DNA of 38,782 bases from Octopus bimaculoides (taxonomy: Eukaryota): positions 66,210,681 through 66,249,462 of the forward strand of contig NC_068990.1 in assembly GCF_001194135.2 (NCBI RefSeq), given 5' to 3'. The notes under the pieces were generated by a model. That model ran no database searches and was not told the origin of the DNA. It saw nothing but the letters and a program-made list of their open reading frames with translations. The position numbers and the translations under genes are program-made. This document shows positions 12,981 to 24,419 of the stretch, piece after piece. The first letter of the stretch is position 1. Every line of letters starts with the position of its first letter.

Positions 12981-15613
12981 TCTGTATACAATCTATTCAG
13001 CTGTAGAAAACAAAAGTATGTCTCTTCTTTTGTGTTCTGCTCATTGTAAGCCACCCAATAGCATAGTGATAGCTAATTATATAAAAATATCTAAAAACGG
13101 AACAATTTATCGATCATATTAGTCACGTAACACTCTTGAAGGTGTCTGAGAAAACCCGTTGATCTCGTATTATTAGCTAATCAACAAAACACATCTCACA
13201 ATTTCCTAGAATACTAAAAATTTGAAACGTCCTTAAAAATAGCTAGTTCCTCATACCTACCACATATTTAGGGAAACTATCTTTGTCAGCTAACTTGTTT
13301 CGCTGTCTGAAAAATATTAAAAATCGGTTCACTTAGATCTTCCAAAGCATTTCCATTCAATTGCAACAAGTGTAGTTGCAGCTGTGTTGTAGCAATAGGG
13401 GCAAAATTGATAGCAAGAATTGGTCTCAGGTATCTCCCAGTAGCATATCAACTTCTGCGTGTGCTAAGTACCTTTATAAGCACTAATATATTTTACAAAA
13501 TTTACCAATTAAGCTACCTTCGATATTGCAGTAGCCACTTGAAGAGAAGATCTCTCCTGAAACTGAAAATTTGTTTGAGCATCTTCTCCTGAATAAGCTA
13601 ACCCGTCGTCTGAAATAGTCATCATATTCTCTGGCTTTTTGCACCTAACTACACATTGCATGCACTCAACACGTCTGTGCCTATAATCAGCCACGCTGTA
13701 TATTCCCAATCTCATTAACTCTGCTAGTCACCTCAAACTCTTGATCTGACTGATATAGACCCTGTCTTTTTCATCACTTTCAAACAATGAATTTTGGAGG
13801 TATAGCTAATTTCCTCACCAAACACTTGTAAGCCTTTTCTGTCTTTCCATGAGTCAATTTCTGGACAGACATCATGATGTATTCCACTCAAGGGGAGAAA
13901 TGTCTCTTCCATTCTTAATTACCGAAATATAGTTCTCACTTTCAGCATTTCAATAGTAGTGTGGTGTAGGTCTCTTTTATCACTGAAACCCAACTTCAGC
14001 TTCTCTCTTATTTGCACTCCTCAATGGTTCGAGTTTTTTGACGTTGGCGAATATAGTACTGTCACACTCCAACAAAAATTCCACCATGAAGACCTAGTTA
14101 TGTTTGTCAACCATCGGCCTCTATACTTCTCTAGATCAGAAGATACTTCCTAATCCAGGACGTGCCGACAAATTTCTCCTAGTTCACATTTAGGAAGTAT
14201 GATCGATCCAAGTTTCAGTTGTTATGTCCTTTCCCTCAAAACTCTATCTCAACATTAATATCTTTCTTTCTGTCACTTCCTCACTCCATAAAACATGCAC
14301 ACGTTTGCAGATAACTTCACCCCTCCTTAAACTTTCATCTACAGGGATTAACCACTCCTGATCTAAACAACCTTTACTACTTTCCTGACCTAAAAAAAAT
14401 AAAACATCGTTTCAAAGAGTTTTCTGGTATCACATGTATAACCCATAAATAAATCCTTCTATATCGCATATTTAGGCCGCACATTTTATGAATATCTTTC
14501 ATCACGCTGGTTTCTATAATTTTCGGAGCAAATAGCAGCTAAATTTCCCTCGAATTTAAAGGTAAGAACTTACTGGACAATGTAGTTTCTGTTACAGAAA
14601 TTGACCTAATACCCGTCATAATCAGTATACTTGAATACGGCTGACCTAGTGCTAAAAATAGCAACAACAGCTGCAACAACACCATCAACGTTCTAATAGC
14701 ACGACGACCGCCACCACACTGTTACCATGACCACCAACATATTTTTTTCAAGGAAATGAAACGCTAAAAATGTATCTGAAAGAACTACTTCTGTTACACA
14801 CATTCTTTCTCTACCTGTTTCTTTCTTTCTCTCTCTCTCTCTCTCTCTCGCTCTCTCTCTCTCGTACACACACACACATGCACGCACACACAGACACTCA
14901 CACACACACACACTCAAATGTATGCGCACCCACAAACACACACACACGCTACACATATAATGTGTGTATGTGTGTATATACAATAAATAGTTCCTCAAAA
15001 AAGCTTAACCATCTATCTACAAGAATCCAACTTTGGATTCATGCACGTTGGAATATTCGATAGAAGAATCGGTGAAAGAAAGCCCCAAATTAAGTAAAAG
15101 AAGTAACAGACGAACAAAAGTGATTTCTCAACGAATCCTTATTCATAAAAAAGGAGAATCCTCTCATAGAACCTAATCTTAACAAACACTTCATCAGCAG
15201 CGACAATGGGTTAACTGTGAGAGATAAAAAGTAATGCTCACACATGAGCAGAGGGTACTTATGTGTAACCGTATGTGTGTGTCTGTTTGTGTATACATAT
15301 ATATATATATATATACATACATACACGAACACACACATACCCCCACCTACACACACATACACTCATTTACCAGCATACATGTGTGCATATATGTGCTTTT
15401 ACGTATGTGCGCATTGTATTACGGGTATATTAACTGCATGTGTGTGTGTATGTGTTTGTGTGTGTGTTTGTATACACACATATATGGAGCTGCACGCAGC
15501 GATACACCTGTACATACACACACACACACACACTTGCATACACATATATATGTAAATATAAACATATGTGTGTGTATACATACATGCAACTATACACACA
15601 CACATACACACAT

Positions 15614-15657
<44 letters not shown>

Positions 15658-15959
15658 CGAGAGAGACAGAAGGAGAGAGTGGGAGAAAGCGAGAGAGGCA
15701 GAAGGAGAGAGAGAGACAAACATCCATGCAGCAAAGGTTATCTCATTTGACAATAGGCATACATAGGACTGCTTCTTTCAACATCTCTCACGTAGTCACA
15801 TGTCACATGCTCTCATCATAATCTTTCAGTACCATTATTTGTCATTGTAACCTCTAACCAATGCTCATCTCTCCCCCCTCTCTCTCTCCCTCGCTCGCTC
15901 TCTCTCACTACCAAACAAACAATGAAACACACACAATAACCTTTATTACTGAGGTTCAA

Positions 15960-16560
15960 GCTCATTCATATGTCTTCTTGTATTTTTCATATAACAACGA
16001 TGCTATGCATATTCCTTCTTAATACGTTACGACAGATTTGAACGTCATTATGCTAATCGCTGTTTTGTTCTGTCAGAGGAGAAAAGTTTCTCCTTTACGT
16101 GTGTTCATAATCACATTCGATTCATTAGCAAAAGGGTTTCGGAGCCAGTCGGTGTTTCGATATCATTGTGTTTCGTCAGCCCACAGCGCCTCCTACTATT
16201 CAATCTAGTAAGAAGAAAAGTCTTTGCTCCTGACTTCTATAACACGGTTAAACGAATAGTTTGTTCTCTGATCGATGCTGATATCTGCCAACCAATAATA
16301 AATTGCCACGAGCACGATAAACAGAGAGATCTGAGACGATCATTTGCATATTTCTTCATACGTTCTGGCAGTTTCGAACGTGAATATAGTAATCGCAGAT
16401 GTATTTCATCACCGGAGAGCAGTTTCGCCTTTACGACGAATATGTATTTAAAACGTATATGAGATTCTGTAATACCCGGAGTTTCGATGTCGGTGTTTGT
16501 CATCATCCAGAAGTACCCCAAGACCAATGAACCTAACATGAGCTGATGCACTTTATTATA
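15960..16560 (-). mobile_element. Probable hAT (Charlie/Buster-type) transposase C-terminal remnants, two diverged tandem partial copies
   Basis: Copy A on the minus strand gives DWLRNPF, then after a frameshift LFSSDRT...IKKEY. Copy B (ORF 16237-16551) gives HQLMLGSLVLGYF and GWQISASIREQTIRL, resembling HL.ML..F.GYF and GFS.L.SIKTK.RNRL. Recognised from memory of the motifs; no alignment was run. Confidence 0.5.
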
Positions 16561-16684
16561 TTTTTAGCGAGCAAACTGTTCGGTGATATGTGCTATCTGC
16601 CGAAAATAGCTACACTCCAATTCGTTTACTTGATCCCCTAAATATTCATTTACCCATTTTTAACGTCATCTAATCTAATGGTAA

Positions 16685-16858
16685 TACAGTTCTATATTTA
16701 AGAGATGAGGAATTATGTATATTATTTATATTTGACGGATATTTGTCCTCATCTTCTTTGTTGTTAATACAAGGTTTCGGCTGATAAAGTCTCCAGCCAT
16801 CAGGTATCTTGGGGGAAATTTCGAACCTGGATTCTCATTCCTAAGGTAGTTTTCGATG

Positions 16859-16862
<4 letters not shown>
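16685..16862 (-). mobile_element. Penelope-type pLTR-like repeat with degenerate hammerhead
   Basis: Reverse complement aligns with 17049-17209. Its core reads gatac-ctgat---ggctg..cagcc-gaaac-cttgtatt at 16766-16808, with GAA lost. Confidence 0.7.
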
Positions 16863-16946
<84 letters not shown>

Positions 16947-16964
16947 AGTCACTGNNNNNNNNNN

Positions 16965-17033
<69 letters not shown>

Positions 17034-17048
17034 TAATAATAATAATAA
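16863..17048. repeat. (TTA)n - caagtcactg - 10N gap - (TAA)n
   Basis: Direct reading. Confidence 0.95.
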
Positions 17049-17209
17049 CAACAACAACATCGAAAAATACCTTAGGAATGAGAACTTAGGTTCGAAACTT
17101 CCACAAGACACCTGATGAATGCTGGAGGGTATATCAGCCGAAACGTTGTGTTAACAACAAACAAGATGAGGAAAAATATTCGTCAAATGTAAATAATGTA
17201 AATAATAAT
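17049..17209 (+). mobile_element. Penelope-type pLTR-like repeat carrying a minimal hammerhead
   Basis: aacatcgaaaaataccttaggaatgagaac...agacacctgatgaatgctggagggtatatcagccgaaacgttgtgtt...; inverted copy at 16685-16862. Confidence 0.7.
17107..17152 (+). ncRNA. Minimal type I hammerhead ribozyme motif
   Basis: Stem I GACAC/GTGTT; core CTGATGA at 17112-17118; stem II GCTG/CAGC; GAAA at 17140-17143; palindromic AACGTT in place of stem III; GUU triplet. The first stem II pair is a U-C mismatch. Confidence 0.7.
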
Positions 17210-17320
17210 CTAATGGTGGTGTTTATTCAAAATTACTGGAAACTCATTTCATTCGTTAAAGGACCTGGTTTGGATATATTAATGCATCCTATCATTTTAT
17301 CTCAGTAACGACTTAATTTT

Positions 17321-17700
17321 TTTTACTTGTTTCAGTAATTTGACTGCGGCCATGCTGAAACACTACCTTGAAGGTTTTTAGTCGAACAAATTGACGCAGG
17401 ACTAATTTCTTAAGCCTAGTATTTATTCTATCAGTCTCTTTTGCCGAGCCGTTAAGTTACGAGGACCTACCCACATCGGTAGTCAAGCGGTAAAGCGGGG
17501 ACAAACGCAGACACAAAAACACACACACATAGATATATTCATATATGTATATATATATACGACGGGCTTCTTTCAGTTTCCATTTCTCAAATCCATTCTC
17601 AAGGCTTTAGTCGGCCCGAGGCTATAGTAGAAGACACATGCCCAAAGTGCCACACACTGGGTGGGAAGCAAGCTTGTTACCACACAGCCACGCCTGCGCC
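17321..17700 (-). mobile_element. SINE family A, full length
   Basis: Reverse complement begins ggcgcaggcgtggctgtgtggtaacaagcttgcttccc (A box). It has an internal CA/TA microsatellite and ends ...gcagtcaaattactgaaacaagtaaaa. Confidence 0.85.
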
Positions 17701-17809
17701 TATAGCAGAGTTAAAATATAAATCTTCTTCAGTCATTGAACAAAAGAATGTTGGGGCACCGATTTGAGGGGTTTTCGTTTAAAAATCCACCCCCAGTACT
17801 CATCTATTT

Positions 17810-17937
17810 CTTTTTTAAGTCTAGGACATCACAGTAAGCCTTATTCTGATGTGTCTTATGTTGAATCGCTAAGCTACGGTGACTTAAGACAAAGGAATAC
17901 CTGTTGTCAAACTGCGCAGTTGTCAAACAAAGACAGG

Positions 17938-18006
<69 letters not shown>

Positions 18007-18009
18007 ACA

Positions 18010-18055
<46 letters not shown>

Positions 18056-18110
18056 CGATGGTCTTCCATACAGTTTCCGTCTACCAAATTCATACACGAG
18101 TGAGGAAGAG
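17810..18110 (-). mobile_element. SINE family A, diverged, with expanded internal (CA)n
   Basis: Contains gaatcgctaagctacggtgac, ttgtcaa and cagtttccgtctaccaaattc; (CA)n at about 17939-18050. Confidence 0.6.
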
Positions 18111-18303
18111 AAGTATGCATCGGGCTTTTCGATGTTCCGCCCACCGTCAGAAAAACAGGAGCAAAGTGTTAGAAACAATGACAGTAAGGTAATAAAAATC
18201 GTATTACTACATATATTGGGACAAATATATAAGCTCTTATTCTTCGGGCATATATTGAACATAGTTGCAAGTCAGTATAATAAAGTATTCCGTAGTATCT
18301 TCT

Positions 18304-18317
18304 TCATCATCATCATC

Positions 18318-18362
<45 letters not shown>
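18304..18362. repeat. (CAT)n microsatellite
   Basis: Direct reading. Confidence 0.95.
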
Positions 18363-18364
<2 letters not shown>

Positions 18365-18449
18365 CTAGGACTCCTAGGACGTAAAGAATCGTTTATCCCG
18401 TTTCAATGGCGTATAATTAACTAATATCGCAATATATTCCCCCTGAGTG

Positions 18450-18600
18450 TGGCGTCAGTCCGTCGCGGGGTTATTTAATTGCAGCTGAGTGGACTGGTCA
18501 TCGTGAAATGAAGAATTTAGTTCAAGAACACAGTATACTGCCAGCGGATATTCGGAGCCGCAATTTGGCAATCCTCAGTGCAACGCCCTAACAATTAGGA
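18450..18600 (-). mobile_element. SINE family C
   Basis: Contains gcagctgagtggactgg...gtgaaatgaag..ttcaagaacac, the reverse complement of the family C core. Confidence 0.65.
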
Positions 18601-18920
18601 TACACACTTTCACAGTAAAGTGCTATAGGTTTAACATAATTCCATTATTTTGTACTTCCTGTTTCTATTCTTAATATGCTAATGTATCCGAAATCTACGC
18701 TCTGATACTGTTAGTGAACATGGTAATAAATAGCTTCTAACAATGTCTCCATATTACTATATGTCCCGTTCAGGTGGACACTGAACAATGTTGGCGCATA
18801 AATTTACACATTAGTTGAGTTGGGTGGTGTTTTTCATGCAAGTTTCTTGGTGATCTCACTAGTTCCGTTGCCAGGTAAAATAGTATTCAGAATACACTAT
18901 AATGTGATTAGTGTTATGAT

Positions 18921-19011
18921 GGGTATCCAGCCGTAGAAACCAGCTCCTATCGAACCATCCAACCCATACCAGCATAGAAAACATACATTAAATGATGATG
19001 ATGATGATGAT
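18921..19011 (+). mobile_element. 3' end of a (GAT)n-tailed SINE
   Basis: gggtatccagccgtagaaacc...ccatccaacccataccagcatagaaaacatacattaaatgatgatgatg; recalled as an octopus SINE tail. Confidence 0.6.
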
Positions 19012-19481
19012 GGTGAAAGGATGATAGTATTTAAGCAGTAGAAATTCAAATTTCTATGTGCGATATTCAGATATGAGGAAAGTCTGAAATAAGTTTCTGA
19101 AGAGTTAATTGATGTCACTGCAATAGTAGAGGCGACCAATTACTGTAAAACATGTTGCTAAATTCAATTTTCGTTTCAGATAGCGAATCATTTACACATT
19201 TTGGTCAAGTAGATTACTTTTCCATCAGTTTTGAAATGGGAAGATTTGCATTCACTTTATACATTGATAAATTTCTCAAGCACTCTTGAGTATTTAACCA
19301 AGGTTCCAAATTGTACATAGTTATATTTTCAGGGTCTGTAGAACGTCCAGTCATTCCATTAAATTTTTGCACCTTATTCACAGCTATATGAATGATAACT
19401 GTTTCATCTTGTTTGACTGTGCACGGATCTCCCTTTCTTGTATCACCTAACTGTCTGGATGTTTTGCGTTGTCCCATTTTG

Positions 19482-19517
<36 letters not shown>

Positions 19518-19535
19518 CAGCATACGTACACTTTG

Positions 19536-19567
<32 letters not shown>

Positions 19568-20043
19568 NNNNNNNNNNNNNNNNNNNNNNNNNNNNNNNNN
19601 NNNNNNNNNNNNNNNNNNNNNNNNNNNNNNNNNNNNNNNNNNNNNNNNNNNNNNNNNNNNNNNNNNNNNNNNNNNNNNNNNNNNNNNNNNNNNNNNNNNN
19701 NNNNNNNNNNNNNNNNNNNNNNNNNNNNNNNNNNNNNNNNNNNNNNNNNNNNNNNNNNNNNNNNNNNNNNNNNNNNNNNNNNNNNNNNNNTAAATTGACT
19801 TGAAACCATGATACAGAATATAGATTGGTAAATGTTTTTATTTTTCATTCCCTTTCGGAATTATCCCTATTCTTGTGGTATGAAGTCTTTTGCTGCTCTT
19901 TCTAGCGGGTCAGATGTCCTATTATAGGCATCTGTGTATTTTAAATGAATAATACATAGTCTATTGACTGATTTTTACTCTCGCTAGACCACTGGTGGTA
20001 AATAAAATTTCTAAAATTTATTTTGCTACCCTATAATTTATTA

Positions 20044-20077
<34 letters not shown>

Positions 20078-20375
20078 AGTACATGTCATATATGTATATT
20101 TTATTAATTTGCCTGTACGGCTGTTATTTCCTATCCCACTAGTGATAGTATTTTGCTAATACTATCGCTCTAATATTTACTAATAAATATATATATATAT
20201 ATATATATGCTAGACTACCCGTCACCCGCTGAGTCACCGGGAAAGTCTGAGTTTCCCAGCAACGGAGTCTTGTTTCGTGGGTTTTTTGCTTTCTTTTCCA
20301 ACTTATTTCACATGCTTTCAACGAATGTGGCATCGAAATCACGCAGAAACAGCTCCTTTCCCCAGAAAAGTAAGG

Positions 20376-20486
20376 ATTTGGCTGCTATTTCTTTCACGCC
20401 CTGCTACCGTGTAACAGGTATTTCAGGTCCTTTATCACAAATAGATGTTACGTGGTAGCAGGGAAAGCTAGAAATAGCAGCCAAAT
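20376..20486. repeat. 111-nt imperfect inverted repeat (48-bp arms, 15-nt loop)
   Basis: Arms match at 39/48 positions (counted by hand). Confidence 0.9.
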
Positions 20487-21204
20487 ATTTGGAGGTGAGA
20501 TACGTTGAATGCACTCCAAAAAACCTATGGAAAACTTATTTCACTCCGAGGTTATGAACGGGTGCCTTTTACGAAATATTTACCGTATTTTTGAAGTCCT
20601 TTTCACTTTAAAATATTTTTTAGATATTTATGTGATGGTATTTTTTAGAAATTTATGCAATGGTATACACTTGAAAATAATTAAATAACAAACATTAGAA
20701 TATTATCTAGTTAAAGAAAGCTAAAATATAAACACTTATTGTTGAAGCAATTTACATTTTTGAAATCACATTCACTTAAAAATATCTTTAAATGATTAAA
20801 ATGTTGTGTTTAACAAAAGCGAAAGTAGAATTTACTGTGAGAAAACAAATCGTATTTTTCCGTTGTCAAGTCACTGTGTCTAATCGAAAGGTAAGAAATA
20901 CTTCCCTTCCAGGATTTGGTTAATTTCGGTGAATTTTTCCATTGTACACCGTTTGGGGTATTTATACCCCGAAAACCAGTAATATTTCTACAACAACTTA
21001 TCCGATTTACGCCAAATTTGTATTATTCCGTTTGTATTTATATTTTGGAAGGGAACTTATTTCATAGTACTTTCCCATTATGCGCCAGTTTGGCTGGATA
21101 ACATTGCAAGAAAGAAAGCAAGATTCAAGCTGACTTTTAATGTGTATTTATATATACATATATGTATATATATATTTATGTGTGTGTGCCTCTCCCCCCC
21201 TCTC

Positions 21205-21247
<43 letters not shown>

Positions 21248-21749
21248 TTTCTGCCCTTCTCACGTTTTTCATCTATATTTATTATTCATATAATGTTTTA
21301 TCACGTANNNNNNNNNNNNNNNNNNNNNNNNNNNNNNNNNNNNNNNNNNNNNNNNNNNNNNNNNNNNNNNNNNNNNNNNNNNNNNNNNNNNNNNNNNNNN
21401 NNNNNNNNNNNNNNNNNNNNNNNNNNGAAGTATTTTTTCAATTCTATATAAAATATATTGAATATATGTTATGACGATGCATTTATTAGATACTTCTTTT
21501 AACTTATTTTTGAAAATTATTTAATTTCTTACAAGAATGTTTTCCTAGTGTAGTTATAAAAACGTAATTGGTCTCATGTATACACGATATTCAAAAGATC
21601 CCCCAAAATTCTGAGTTCAGTATACAGAATGATTTCCTGCCACCCACCAAAATTATCTCTGATGGAAATTCTTTGCTGACAGTGTATTAAGAAAAGAGGA
21701 GAGAGGGAATCTTTTTTTTTTTTTTTCGTGCTGGAGATATGATTCGCAA

Positions 21750-22500
21750 TTCCTGGTCTTTCATTTTCTGATTTTGTTGACAGTCCTTTTTCATCCCAGT
21801 TGCCTTTTTGTGTGTTTGACAGTTGGATTTTTTCATTATATGTTTCTCTACGTTACTCTATATCTAATTTTCTGATAATACCATTATCTCTGTATTTGGC
21901 TTGTTTAATCTATTATAGACAGATTTGCTGTTTCTTTCAGATAGGTAATTGTATTTGGATAATTATTTACGCTATTCAAATCGCCTTACATCTTGTCGTC
22001 GCTGCGATTTTTTTGGTATCAGTTTCTGTTTTTATTTCCTTGCTGAGATTTTCTAGATTTTAAAATCTCTTTTATTTGTGTAACTTTATCATTCCCTTGA
22101 TGTTATTTTTCCTAAACACTTTTATATTTGTTTCCTTATTCATTATTCGGGTTTTTGCATCACCAAGTATTGAATTATTTTTCGTTATATCTTTCTCTGA
22201 GATATCTGTATTGGCTTGGGTCGTTCTTTATTAATGATGCGGTTTCGAGATATCAACTACGTACACGAACTTGTTTAATATTTTAAAACATCTATTATAT
22301 AATTTGTAATTGGCAAAAGTTTCTAGACAGCTTTTCGAGCAAGTTAATTTTGAGAAACCATTTTTCGTCTAAACATTTCCCTGGGTTCTTAGAAATAGTC
22401 CATAATCTAGCTTGTCAATATTTTTTTATCATAAACATTACCAGTAATATATTTAGGTTTATATAACAGTATTGTGTTTTCTCGAATGTTGTTGCGCGGC
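21750..22500 (-). mobile_element. R4/Dong-like non-LTR retrotransposon fragment (region upstream of RT)
   Basis: Minus translation KQKLIPKKSQRRQDVRRFE*RK*LSKYNYLSERNSKSVYNRLNKPNTEI resembles the KQKL.AK.QR..R(F/Y)E....N.LFE.N.K.FY motif. Confidence 0.6.
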
Positions 22501-22911
22501 GAATCGTTGCGATATTTATGTTGATCATATTGCTTCACTTTGCTGTTATTTAAAAAACTGTTGGTGAGTGAGGGTACGATCAAATTGGATGGACTGAAAA
22601 AACTGGATCTCTTTCATTGAATCACAAGAGTCACTAGGAAAAAGAGCCGAAGGCATGAATGTGTAATGAAGAAGGTTGCTTTGTAGAAACATTACACAAC
22701 GATATCTCGATAAATGTCTTCGAAGAACAGAGGACAAAAACCTATACCTGGATACATCTCTATCAACTGTTCCCTATTTGCATGGGTCGGGATACCACAG
22801 AACATGACTTAAAAAGGATTTAGCAGATTCTGTCAGGTGATACTACTAAGTTAGACATAGCCTGGGTCAACCTTTGACCGAATCTCATGCAAGTTTATTT
22901 AAGTTTATGCA

Positions 22912-23486
22912 GGTGCGGGCATGATTGTGTGATTAGAAAGCCAGCTTTGCTACCACATTATTCTGGGTTAAATCACAGGGCACGCACTTTAATCAAGTGT
23001 CTTCTACTAAGGTTTGGGACCGACCGAAGACCTATGTTTGAATTTGCTTTGTAGACACGTTTGTTTCGGTTTCAGTCCAAATTTGCTGAACCTTGGGCAA
23101 GTGTCGTCTACTATAGCCCCGGACCGGCCAATACCTTGCGAGTGAATTTGATGTATGCTACGTTTGTGGATGCCTGTCGAATATATACATAGTACATACA
23201 TACATACATACATACACACATACGCAGAGACCGACAGCCACACACACACATACACACACATATGCGTATACCTTTGTGTCTGTATTTCTCAGCCTACTGC
23301 CTGGCAACTGGCAACCTGTATTGATTTGTTTGCGTCTCTGTAACTTTAGAGTTCGGCAAAACAGACAAACAATAAATACTATACTTAAAAAAAAAGACAA
23401 GTACTGCGGGCGATTTATTTGTCTATTGCTTTTCAAGGTGGTGCCCCAGCATAACCGCAGGCCAATGATTCAGACAAGTTAAAAGC
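22912..23486 (+). mobile_element. SINE family A with two tandem head segments
   Basis: The head motif caagtgtcttctact occurs at about 22995 and again as ccttgggcaagtgtcgtctactatagcc at about 23091. Ends ...ggtgccccagcataaccgcagg..gattcagacaagttaaaag. Confidence 0.75.
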
Positions 23487-23640
23487 AAAATGTTAAAAAG
23501 ATAAAAGAAATTTAAACAAAAGAGAATGGAAAAGAAATGAGAATGGAAAACAAAAGCAATTGATGAATTTTACCCAAGGTGTTACAGGTAAACGAATAAG
23601 CAGGAGGTTTAAAAAGAGTTTAATGTTGATATATATTATT

Positions 23641-23851
23641 TTCTACTCTAGGCACAAGGCCCAAAATTTTTGAGGGAGGGGGCCTGTTGATTAGGTCGAA
23701 TCTAGTACGCCACTAGTACTTAATGTATCGACTCCGAAAGGACAAAAGGCAAAGTCGACTTCGGCGGAATTTGAACTCAGAACCTAAAGAGAGTCGAAAT
23801 ACCGTTAAGCATTTCGCCCGGCGTGCTGTCGTTTCTGCCAGCTCGTCGTCT
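23641..23851 (-). mobile_element. SINE family B
   Basis: aaaggcaaagtcgacttcggcggaatttgaactcagaac...aagcatttcgcccggcgtgc...ctgccagctcg. Confidence 0.85.
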
Positions 23852-23879
23852 TCATACTGATATATATTAAGTTAGAAAT

Positions 23880-24001
23880 GCCCCAACCACATTATTCTGG
23901 GTTAAATCACGCACTTTAAACAAGTGTCTTCTACTAAGTTTTCGGACCGACCGAAGACTTATGATTGAATTTCGTAGGGAGAAATCTATGTGGAAGCACG
24001 T

Positions 24002-24058
<57 letters not shown>
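23880..24058 (+). mobile_element. SINE family A partial copy running into (TG)n and a gap
   Basis: Shares a 25-nt identical block accacattattctgggttaaatcac with 22952. Confidence 0.7.
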
Positions 24059-24419
24059 NNNNNNNNNNNNNNNNNNNNNNNNNNNNNNNNNNNNNNNNNN
24101 NNNNNNNNNNNNNNNNNNNNNNNNNNNNNNNNNNNNNNNNNNNNNNNNNNNNNNNNNNNNNNNNNNNNNNNNNNNNNNNNNNNNNNNNNNNNNNNNNNNN
24201 NNNNNNNNNNNNNNNNNNNNNNNNNNNNNNNNNNNNNNNNNNNNNNNNNNNNNNNNNNNNNNNNNNNNNNNNNNNNNNNNNNNNNNNNNNNNNNNNNNNN
24301 NNNNNNNNNNNNNNNNNNNNNNNNNNNNNNNNNNNNNNNNNNNNNNNNNNNNNNNNNNNNNTGATTTCCTGCATGCTTTTCTTTTCTTTTTGTTACCGTA
24401 AATAATCAATAGCACATGG

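Noticed and set aside
16863-17048. Regular short repeats as a CRISPR-like array or poly-N/L/I protein
   Set aside because: A simple trinucleotide microsatellite with no spacers, in a eukaryotic context.
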